Part shown: positions 55,312 through 64,000 of the stretch, one piece after another | How the letters are laid out: the number at the start of each line of letters is the position of its first letter | Position numbering within the stretch: position 1 is the stretch's first letter | Assembly: GCA_024346625.1 (NCBI GenBank) | Contig: AP024665.1 | Span: forward strand, 1,860,001 to 1,924,000 | Reading direction: 5' to 3' | DNA: 64,000 nt | Origin: Williopsis jadinii | Lineage: Eukaryota | Position numbers and translations under genes: made by a program | The notes under the pieces: generated by a model | Seen by the model: the letters and a program-made list of their open reading frames with translations, nothing else | Database searches by the model: none | Told to the model about the DNA's origin: nothing

Positions 55312-56619
55312 TCACTCCACAGTGGCTTCCAACTTGATCTTCTTCCTCACTTGCACATCGTCTTGCATCGCAGACAACTGTTGTTTCAACTCGTCTTCTC
55401 TCTGCTTAGCCAGCGACTCAGCAGCTTCCAGCTCCTGGATCCTCGACTTGTACAGATCGTTAACCAGCTCCAGCTCCGAGATCCTAATCTTTAACTGAGA
55501 TATGGAACTCATCGATTCTTTAACGTCGGAGCTCTCTACCGATGAGGTGCCGGTACCAGCGCTAGTCACCGTGGCGCTGCTCGTGGAACTCGTTGTCGTA
55601 GTGTTTATCGTGGAATTTGAACCAATCTTTGAGTCGTTGCAGCTACTACCATTTGCAAGCGAAAAAGCAGACGGATTTGATAGGGAGTGTTGTGGTCCAA
55701 AGCTCGGTGATGAGTAGAAACCCGACACAGGGTTCATCAGATTTGGGAATTTTGGACATGAGCTGTTAGTGCTGTTGTTGCTGCTGCTGCCGTCAAGAGT
55801 TTTGCTATGGCTGGACTGTGGAACTTGTAATGCCGTTGCAGGTGAAAAAGGTCTCTTTGAGAAAGGCGTTGTGTTATTGCCAGGATCATCCAAGTTCAAA
55901 GGTCTTAATAGCGATTCTGACGACCCGCTCTTATCGTTAGACAAAGTCTCCAGCACCCCTGCTGCTGCCTGCGTTTGCGCAAGCTGTTGAGATACATTGC
56001 TGGACTTTGGCGTAGTACTCAACAGCAGCGGTGACGTTATAGCTTGCAGATTTGAGGCAAACTGTGTAGGAACAGAGCTTGGATGGTGCAATGGGACGTG
56101 TTGCTGTAAATGGGAAGGTATATGTGGATGGAAGCTCCCCTGAAAGAATGGTGATTTTGATCTTGCTGGACCAGACGCATCGACACCGCTTCCACCGTTG
56201 CGTGGTAGCAGCGGCACCAACCCGGGCGATGTGATGTGCTGTTGTGGTTCACCGTTGGCCAAGGACTCGTTTCTATCGCTGTCGAACTCCCCATTAGAGC
56301 CCTTTGACCCTTGCGAGCCTGGCGATGATCTCTTCTTATCACCGTTATCCTTCGAGCGTGACTTCTTATGCCCGTCTTTGGCCTTCAACTCTGGTGTGTT
56401 TGGATTTGATTTGACGTTCCCATTGGCGTTCCCATTACTCTGTGAATGCTTCACCCTATTTCTCGACTTGATCACGTCTGTCTTCAAAGAGATCGGTCTG
56501 GGTCTCCCGTGTAACTTCAGAAACAATCCACAGGCATTGCACAGGACTTGCCCAGTTTCATCACGTCTCCATAGAGGCGTCGTCGACGTCTTGCAATTCT
56601 TACACACCGGCGTGGACAT
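55312..56619 (-). CDS. GZF3: GATA zinc-finger/leucine-zipper repressor of nitrogen catabolite repression (Gzf3/Dal80 family)
   Basis: [50 protein letters not shown] plus C-terminal zipper [23 protein letters not shown]. Confidence 0.88.
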   Translation of the reverse strand: MSTPVCKNCKTSTTPLWRRDETGQVLCNACGLFLKLHGRPRPISLKTDVIKSRNRVKHSQSNGNANGNVKSNPNTPELKAKDGHKKSRSKDNGDKKRSSPGSQGSKGSNGEFDSDRNESLANGEPQQHITSPGLVPLLPRNGGSGVDASGPARSKSPFFQGSFHPHIPSHLQQHVPLHHPSSVPTQFASNLQAITSPLLLSTTPKSSNVSQQLAQTQAAAGVLETLSNDKSGSSESLLRPLNLDDPGNNTTPFSKRPFSPATALQVPQSSHSKTLDGSSSNNSTNSSCPKFPNLMNPVSGFYSSPSFGPQHSLSNPSAFSLANGSSCNDSKIGSNSTINTTTTSSTSSATVTSAGTGTSSVESSDVKESMSSISQLKIRISELELVNDLYKSRIQELEAAESLAKQREDELKQQLSAMQDDVQVRKKIKLEATVE

Positions 56620-57878
56620 GCTTCCCTGTATCTGTGTCTGTGTGTGCTATGGCTCTCCGTCCTGATAGATCTCTATTCCCTCCCCTGTGTATGGATATTG
56701 GGGCCCTTATCACCTGTGTAATCGATCTGTGCCTGTGTGCGGTCACCTCGACGTAATCTTTTTCCTCACTGCTGGACGATAAATGGAAGGTGAAGAAAAG
56801 TATTATAAGCGCAAAAAAAATAAAACTGAAAGTGAAAGGACTGTGGTATCTCCTGCTGTTTGAAGGCTTCTATTTCAAACTATTAGACATGTAACGTGTA
56901 GATGCGCAGGCTGGTATGGATGATATGGTGTTTTATGATAACAGAAGAGGGAGTAATTCGGACAAAATTTTTTTTTCGTTCTCGCTGTCTCTGTGTTTTT
57001 TGTCCAGTGTCCCCTCCACCAAACACACGTCGCAGCGGTGAAAATTTTATCAGCAGATTATATAGGTTAGAATTCGTGTTGTGCAAGGTGACATGGAATG
57101 TGAATAGGAATTGTCTGAGGACAGGGGACAGGGGACAGAGGACAGAAGACAAGAAACCAGGGACAAAATGACAAAAGGTAAAGGCTCGCTACTGTAAAGA
57201 CAACGGCACCTCTCTATCCAGTACATATCTATGTAGTTTGCACCTGATAACATGGGGTACACAACAACAACGTCCTGGGTGTCTGTGCTTCTCCTATCGC
57301 CCTTATCCGGATTAGATGCGAAAAAGCAACTTGCGACTTGGATTACTTGGATAACGGTGCAATGGTTTACTGAGGCCGGGGGAGAAACTAAGAGACACAC
57401 ATACACGCTTGTAGGCACACACAGTTATACAGGTTACACAGGTTACAACCACGTCACTACCGAGTACATGCAATTGGAACACCTCTGTTGTCTAATCTCA
57501 ACGATCTCGAGGCCTCCAACGATAACGTGGACTTTGTCCATTTTTAGTCGTTTCTTTTTTCGTCTTTTTGCACTTTCCGCTTTGTTTCCACTCTGTGTCT
57601 GCTTTTGGGATATAGGTAATTGCCTAAAAGAGGCACTTTTGCAAACATTTGCGAAAGTCAGTGAGGGATCCCTCATCCCCGGGCAAGTTTAAGGGAATTT
57701 GAGTGGTCATTCGAGGACCATTTGCGAGAAATCCAAAAGTTTCACTATCCCGGGAAGTAAAGAATGCCATAATTTGTTGTGCAAACGATAAAAAGTTAAC
57801 GGAGACCTGCCGATAAGGCAGGGCCACTTTATCAGTATCGAAATTCCGTGTTAAGCGTGAGATTGAAAAAAAAAAGAA

Positions 57879-57949
57879 TGCGCGAGCCCGGAGTCGAACC
57901 GGGGGCTCCAAGATGGCAACTTGGAATTTTACCGCTAAACCACTCGCGC
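57879..57949 (-). tRNA. tRNA-Gly(GCC), copy 1
   Basis: GCGCGAGTGGTTTAGCGGTAAAATTCCAAGTTGCCATCTTGGAGCCCCCGGTTCGACTCCGGGCTCGCGCA: 7-bp acceptor stem, GCC anticodon, GTTCGA T-loop, downstream poly-T terminator. Confidence 0.97.
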
Positions 57950-58542
57950 CTGTTGTTGCTTTTTAATTCTTCAGGCTTTTCCTGATGATAAGAGAGCAAA
58001 AAGTTGCATATCAGCGATAGAATGCGTTTAATTCCATGACTATAACGTATTAACCTATTAATTAACAAACCACTGCCTCTATTGTGACTGAGTTTGTCCA
58101 GGAATATTACAATGATACTAATAAAAATAGCAAACCGGCCTTCAAATTCGCCAAAGTAGACCACAATGTAGCTCTTATTCTAATTAAGAGATATCCAAAG
58201 TATGATCATGTTACCATCAATAATTTCTGAGATATACCAATTCATGGTTTGCATGATATAATCAAGAAAAACACATAAATCTGTCTATATCTCAACAACG
58301 AAACAAAATTTAGGGAACCTGAAACCCTCATACCTTAGCACTAATCAATATTATCATATATACTAACCTTTAACTTGATTGGATAATTGTTTTTTCCAAA
58401 ATGGTTCACACCATATCTGCCCTTATAATGTAAGGGTGTTTCCAATTCTAATAGGCATTGTTTACATTTTGGATTCTTATCAACAAAAAATGACACAAAA
58501 CAAATACAGCTTTGTATACAACATTGAAAACATCACCAAACA

Positions 58543-59809
58543 ATGGTCATAAACAAAAAATTAGGCAGCAGAAGAAAAAACACTGGAGGACAACCAAAGA
58601 AACTCCGGAAAACTCTCATTGGAACCTTCTAACGACGCCCTCTACCTGAAGAAGAAACATCATCGGCTAATCCAGAACCACAGTGGCAAGTTCCAACAAA
58701 TGGAGGTACGACACAACTAGAAGACCCATTAATTATTGAGACAGACTAACTGACCTGTTATGAGAGCAAGATAAAGAGCCGAGAAACCCTCAAGTTTTGT
58801 CACAGAATACCCATGCAGAGATTGTAGACTTACCACAACAGCCGCCATTATCTGAACCCGAACTTGATAATGTAACCATGGCTGATAGAATAAGAGTTAG
58901 ACGAAGAAATGCAGCTCAGGTAGCAGAAAGAGCGTCAGAAGAAATTAGACGTGATGGTGCCTTTGATTATGATCCCAACTTTGAACACATCATTGAAGAT
59001 GACACCAACGGTTTTAACGAAAACGATGATCCAGTTTATGAACAACAACAACAGCGGAGACCACGGCGACTACGGAACTTAGAGTGAAATTCTGCTGGCA
59101 TTGAAAGGTGTTGCGATTGCCATCTACTCCATATCGATACTGAATGACCATCTTTTTTCTGTGATAGGGGGAAAGTTTTACTCGGTGAGATATTCAAAGA
59201 ACCTCCACAGTACATGAACGATGTCTTATTGGATCCAATCACGTCCAAATATTCTCGAACGTTCAATACAATTCTTTCGCCATCATGTTTGGGTTCTAAC
59301 AGTACTGGTGACTCGAGAGATGGAACTTATTCAATGACTACCAACGGACGTTTGTTCCATAGAGTTGATGGTTTGATAGCTCAAGAAGATGGACAAGAGA
59401 TTTTGCAGAAATTTATACACTAACTCCAGGCTTAGCTCCAAATTGTCATCTTGAATTGCTTAGAGGTGTTCTTCAAAACGATGGAGAATATAATAAACTT
59501 GAGGATTATATTGGCAAAATTGGTGGATTTCTCTCTCAACACAATCGTTATACACCGCTGTTATATACCGTTAGAGAAATTGTCCAACAGGAGACTACAG
59601 ATATGGGATTAACAAGAGAGGAGACTGTTGTTGAATTTTCCAATATTGAGCCAATAGTACCAACAAATTCAGAAGATCGTACTTCTCTATTACCAGAGGT
59701 TAAAGAGTTTGCCTTAGTGCGCAGAAGTATAACAGCAGAACATACTTCAATTTCAGTGCGTATAAAGGAACAATCTATAGGTCGCTTCACTTTTATCTAT
59801 ACTATGTGA
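58543..59809 (+). mobile_element. Decayed Helitron-like Rep/helicase N-terminal coding relic
   Basis: Reading through TGA at 59085 and 59145 gives CCDCHLLHIDTE*PSFFCDRGKVLLGEIFKEPPQYMNDVLL...SRTFNTILSPSCLG...GTYSMTTNGRLFHRV, then in another frame FLSQHNRY and PEVKEFALV. The motif order matches the N-terminus of Helitron proteins. The region is AT-rich; no Rep or helicase motifs are seen. Confidence 0.65.
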
Positions 59810-60974
59810 AAAGGTGTTTTTTTATCTTTGAGATGTGCTGTTCTAATAACTAAAGGACGAGATAAATCTTTTCAATACCTAACGGGACTCGGATTAGTAT
59901 GATTCTAACATATCCACCCCATACACACACTTGTGACTACACATACGAAATCTAAAGTTACAGTGTGAGGAAACTCTTCCAAGCGTTGATTTCGTTAGTT
60001 TCAAGATCATCATTTTAGTAACGAGGGACCTGGCATTAAAGTCAATACCCGACGGGCCCAGCAACGTAAGTTGATCCTCTGAAGGTAGCGGTGATTCGAA
60101 GTTTACCGGAGCGTTAGTGAAGGTCCAAATCGCGTTCACCGTACCGAAGCACTACAGATCAACTTGTAAAACATACCAATTGAAGCTGAGCAACCCCATG
60201 CCGACCAACAAGAAGAGTAGAGATGATACGGTATTAAACCAATAATCAATCATCAATTCCACGATGCTAATGATCATCAAAACCTGTAGTCGCGCATGCT
60301 TTCAGTGCTCCACAGCTTGGCCAAGCTGGGCCCGCCAATTGACCAATTTGGATCCAAGTTAGAGCCATTACAATGTTGAGCTGAACCCACTCCCAATAAC
60401 GAGTTCGCTCAAGGTCAGCACAATGCTGAATAGTCTTTTCAGTGATGATACTACGGAAGTTATTCGTGGAAGTCCACGATTCTGCAGAGACACGCAGACG
60501 ACCCAGACCGGTCGTGATACGTAGATGCTCCATTCAACCCAACCTCTTGGATGGCCGTCTCACAGAGTGTTCAAGAGACACTAGCTAGCCACTAGATGGT
60601 GCTACAGTCTCGTCCTCACGACCATCATCCTCTTCTCCGCATGATCATGACAGAAAGGCTTGAAGATTACTTCTGCAGTCTTTCTTCGCTTAGCATACTA
60701 AAATACGCAGGGCATGTCAAGTTTGGAACTGTCAACTACCGACCTCAGAGTCCAATCATTGGATCCTCAATGCTTACACTGTTCTATACACTTGTTGTCC
60801 TCCATAATAAAACACAACAACAGCTGATCACACTAATATTGGGATACATCTTGCGTGGTGTCAATGATTCGTGCACTGCTGATCTGCATCAACGGAAATG
60901 GGCGTTAAACATCACAGGATTTTACCAATTTTCATTAGCCAACTCATTAACGCGTAGCTATCACTGTCAATTCA

Positions 60975-62168
60975 ATGTTCCAGTCGATGTATAACGGACC
61001 AGCTGAGTCCACAATGAGTTTACAACACGAACAGGAGGCACAGGTTCCTTATAGGCAGGAACCGCCATTAGAGAAACACTCCAAAGCTGTGGAATGGACC
61101 GTTGAAGAGTCCATGCTACTAGCACAGTTGTTGGTCCAGTTGCTCAAAAGCAAAGGGCTCAAGACGAACATCGTCAAGACCGAAGACATCGTTGAGATGA
61201 CCAGGTCGCTCAATATGTATCTCAATATCAACAAGTTCACGCCGGCACAGGTCAAGACGAGAAGACACTTGTTTAATAAATTATTGACGCCATATTCGAT
61301 CTTGGTTGAGGCTGATGGTGTTACTCAATCTGGTGATAAGGCGTTTGTCAACTGGGACTCTTCAAGGGAGCCCTTCAGTGGACTTGCCGCCAGATTGAAA
61401 GGTGACGCGTTCTCACGCCTCTTGAAGAGAAAGAACAACAAGGACCTCGATTTGCTCTATAGATCCAAGTGTTTCGAGACGGCGCCTATTGAAATGGCCA
61501 GGGCGAGCTCACTGTCGACACCGGCCTATAAGAAAACAACAGCTAGCGTGAGTGTTGGATCGTCGTGTCCAAAGGCTCACAGTGATAATGCCTTGAGCTC
61601 TCTAAAGAGGAAGATTGGGCTAAATGGCCACGAGGTGGGACTAACAGGCATCAGCGAAGCCCCAGGAAAGAAACCATGTTACGAGCCCGTTGAAGAGGGC
61701 AATGCCTCTGATAATACGAGACTCTGCACTTATATATCTGAGGCTGAATCCTTAAAAGAAGACTTGCCCGAGGGATTTACCCAATCAACTATGAGAACAG
61801 ATCCTGATATACTCTCATTTCCGCACAACACTTCTTCCACGGCAATCCCAGAGGGATATAGCACTAATGTCGAAGAAGGCGACGCTGCGATCTTAGAACA
61901 GGTTAATCAACTCATCGACAAGCTTATGGATTACGTGAAGGTCAAACAGTTGGAGAAAGAGCAGGAAAGGAACCACAGACTGGCAATGGAGTTCCGTAAA
62001 ATGCTATCTCTCTGTGAAGACAATGGGTATCTAACAACTCTGAAAGTTGCTGAGATAATTGGAAAGCTCAAGACAGATACAGCGATGGTCCAAGTCTATT
62101 CACAGTTGACTGGTCTATCTCCAGCAGTTTTCGCCCATATGATCTTAACATCTTCTTTGGTTGATTAG
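60975..62168 (+). CDS. Myb/SANT-like DNA-binding domain protein (Harbinger-partner-like), 397 aa
   Basis: WTVEESMLLAQLLVQLLKSKG...LN.....FTPAQVKTR fits the Myb/SANT-like pattern; charged coiled-coil-like segment near the C-terminus; ORF intact. Confidence 0.62.
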   Translation: MFQSMYNGPAESTMSLQHEQEAQVPYRQEPPLEKHSKAVEWTVEESMLLAQLLVQLLKSKGLKTNIVKTEDIVEMTRSLNMYLNINKFTPAQVKTRRHLFNKLLTPYSILVEADGVTQSGDKAFVNWDSSREPFSGLAARLKGDAFSRLLKRKNNKDLDLLYRSKCFETAPIEMARASSLSTPAYKKTTASVSVGSSCPKAHSDNALSSLKRKIGLNGHEVGLTGISEAPGKKPCYEPVEEGNASDNTRLCTYISEAESLKEDLPEGFTQSTMRTDPDILSFPHNTSSTAIPEGYSTNVEEGDAAILEQVNQLIDKLMDYVKVKQLEKEQERNHRLAMEFRKMLSLCEDNGYLTTLKVAEIIGKLKTDTAMVQVYSQLTGLSPAVFAHMILTSSLVD

Positions 62169-62557
62169 TTCATGGGAAGTTCCAGAACGATTACTACCAG
62201 GGCTTGCTATGGAACGAGAATGTTAACCAATTGCACTCCAAGTTGCACATACAAATATAACTACCGTTACTACTTCATTAGCTTTCACACAGGGAATCTC
62301 TCAATGAGTAATGTACGATTCTGTAGCGAGGTCGAAAATTCGTGCTGAAATCTCCATTCAGTTTCCACCCACGGAGTGGTGAATAATGGAATCAAGCTGT
62401 TACACTCTGGATCAACACGTCAATTCAATAGTCAATGCTATCACCAGGAGCACTACGTTGTCACTGCACGTGTACAACCCTCTTGACACCACCAGGGCAC
62501 ACGACAGTCGCTTGATGTAAGCACCATCTAGCGCAGTTGTTAAATCTGCAAAAAAAA

Positions 62558-62628
62558 TGCGCGAGCCCGGAGTCGAACCGGGGGCTCCAAGATGGCAACT
62601 TGGAATTTTACCGCTAAACCACTCGCGC
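62558..62628 (-). tRNA. tRNA-Gly(GCC), copy 2 (identical to copy 1)
   Basis: Same 71-nt sequence as 57879-57949; poly-T terminator (A-run 62550-62557 on +). Confidence 0.97.
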
Positions 62629-63085
62629 TTCTTGTTGATTTGTGAAAGTTCTACGTCTTTATACTGTCAGATACGACAAAGAGTAGAACTTATTGTAGTT
62701 TCTGCTGTTGTAACGACTGTACATTGGGTTGTTGACTCTGAGGCCGCTGTCTGAGCCCTGGGTCTGAGGTTTATACTGAGCTTGCGTTCTGTTACGGTGA
62801 ACTTGATCTTCGGATGAAAACTAATCTGATTAACTTCCTTATGAGAGAGCCTTCTCCTGTTAACAGCACTGCCTGTCTTTTTACTCTTTCTTCCAAATCA
62901 GCATTCTCAACTAGAATGTCTAAGAATTGCCTACGCGTCGTCTTGATCAGTCCTGAACCCATGCGTTTGCCACCGTGTATCAACTATTATCACTCTTATT
63001 GCTCTCATTTCCCTTATTGCTGTTCATCGACATTACGTAGTCTACTCTGTAACCCGTAATCCGATCTTGGATCCTCACATGTGTG

Positions 63086-63453
63086 TGTCAGAGCTAACAT
63101 TACCAGATGATTACCTGCTGAGACCAATGCTACACAGGCGAAGAAGAAGTACGCGGAGATATTGGAAGAGATGAGCTGAGAGAATGAAGGACGCAGAGAA
63201 GAATAAACAAGAGAGGAACCAGGACGACAGACAACAAGAGAGCGAGCAATCAGGATCAGAAGGGTGTATGATGAAGATAAGATGTGTATATTGGAAACAA
63301 GGATTAGTGTAGGAGACTGGTCATTGTTGAAATGCCAGGTTTCCCTGTCGGAAGTCAACGATTGGTAGCGTTTCGTGACTAGGAGTCATTGTGAACAAAG
63401 TCTCAAAGTAAAAGGTATGATAGAAGAATGCAAGCAGGACCCCAGCATTGACA
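63086..63453. mobile_element. Candidate degenerate solo LTR upstream of tRNA-Gly
   Basis: Starts TGTCAGAGCT and ends AGCATTGACA (8/10 inverted match); 368 bp, non-coding, strongly purine-skewed, about 460 bp upstream of a Pol III gene; no target-site duplication found. Confidence 0.3.
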
Positions 63454-63728
63454 GGTTATCTAGCATCAACAGAAATACGTGGAACATACCTGGGAGAATC
63501 ACTTCAGGGTTTGCGGACAGCGTTGATTGAATCCATAGCTATGATTCAAGCACGGAAGTGGTGGTAAAAACACCATGTTCAAGTACAAAAAGTATCATCA
63601 GTCCAATAGTGGCATACAGCGCAGAGATGTGCCACTATTCATACTGCAATGCTGTGTCATAGCCATTCTGGATAACTCTAATCTCTTTTATTGAGCAATA
63701 AATAGGGCTCGAAGCACACGTCATGGCT

Positions 63729-64000
63729 TCATTTTGTCTTTGCATCTTCGAGGAGAGATTCAGAACTGTCTTCGAAAGTTGATTCGCTTGATGCTTGCAT
63801 CTCTGCAATCTCAGCACGTAATCTTTGAACCTCCTTCTCCATCTTCTTTCCGTAGTAATCAACATAATAAGTAGCTCCGTTATAGCTTGCCACGAAGAAT
63901 ATAAAAGTCAGGAAAAGTGCCGCAAGGTACTTGAATCTAAACCATATTGGACAGATACTCATCGTCAAGAGCTGATAGCCATATTGGATGAAAGTGAAAG
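63729..64000 (-). CDS. GPC1: Glycerophosphocholine acyltransferase, 3' end (partial, runs off the right edge)
   Basis: Frame is open to the window edge: FTFIQYGYQLLTM...LFLTFIFFVASYNGATYYVDYYGKKMEKEVQRLR; NGATYY.D.YGK..EKEV.RL matches the recalled Gpc1 (YGR149W) C-terminus. Confidence 0.85.
   Translation of the reverse strand, partial: FTFIQYGYQLLTMSICPIWFRFKYLAALFLTFIFFVASYNGATYYVDYYGKKMEKEVQRLRAEIAEMQASSESTFEDSSESLLEDAKTK

Noticed and set aside
60560..60598. CTAG cluster with a small AGTGT/ACACT hairpin as the Helitron 3' end
   Set aside because: The stem is only about 5 bp and abuts the CTAG, unlike the longer GC-rich hairpin expected about 10-12 nt upstream of the terminus.
1..64000. 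Alternative yeast nuclear code (CUG=Ser or Ala)
   Set aside because: CTG encodes conserved Leu in VAS1 ALHIGH and HEM12 RYLPEY.

Overview
Nuclear DNA of a budding yeast (Saccharomycotina). It uses the standard code: CTG falls at conserved Leu positions in VAS1 and HEM12. Three short 5' introns with relaxed splice signals are consistent with a Cyberlindnera/Wickerhamomyces-type yeast (inference). The window has four zones. (1) 1-11.7 kb, housekeeping genes: TPI1 3' end, a hypothetical gene, NRG1-like, ORC2 and UTP23 overlapping tail to tail, COQ2, an RBM42-like RRM gene and an MRX15-like gene. (2) About 12-41 kb, a gene-sparse cell-surface glycosylation island: an MNN2-like GT71, two MNN1-like GT71 genes that appear to lack the catalytic motifs, an OCH1-like GT32, two GT71 pseudogene fragments and two paralogous Ywp1/flocculin-type GPI wall proteins. 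(3) 41-57 kb, a conserved block: DRN1, DBF2, PRP31, VAS1, RRP46, TPC1, a hypothetical gene, a DOPA dioxygenase-like gene, HEM12 and GZF3/DAL80. (4) 57.9-64 kb, two identical direct-repeat tRNA-Gly(GCC) genes enclosing a decayed Helitron-like N-terminal coding relic and an intact Myb/SANT-like ORF, followed by a possible solo LTR and the 3' end of GPC1. All family assignments come from recalled motifs, not database searches.
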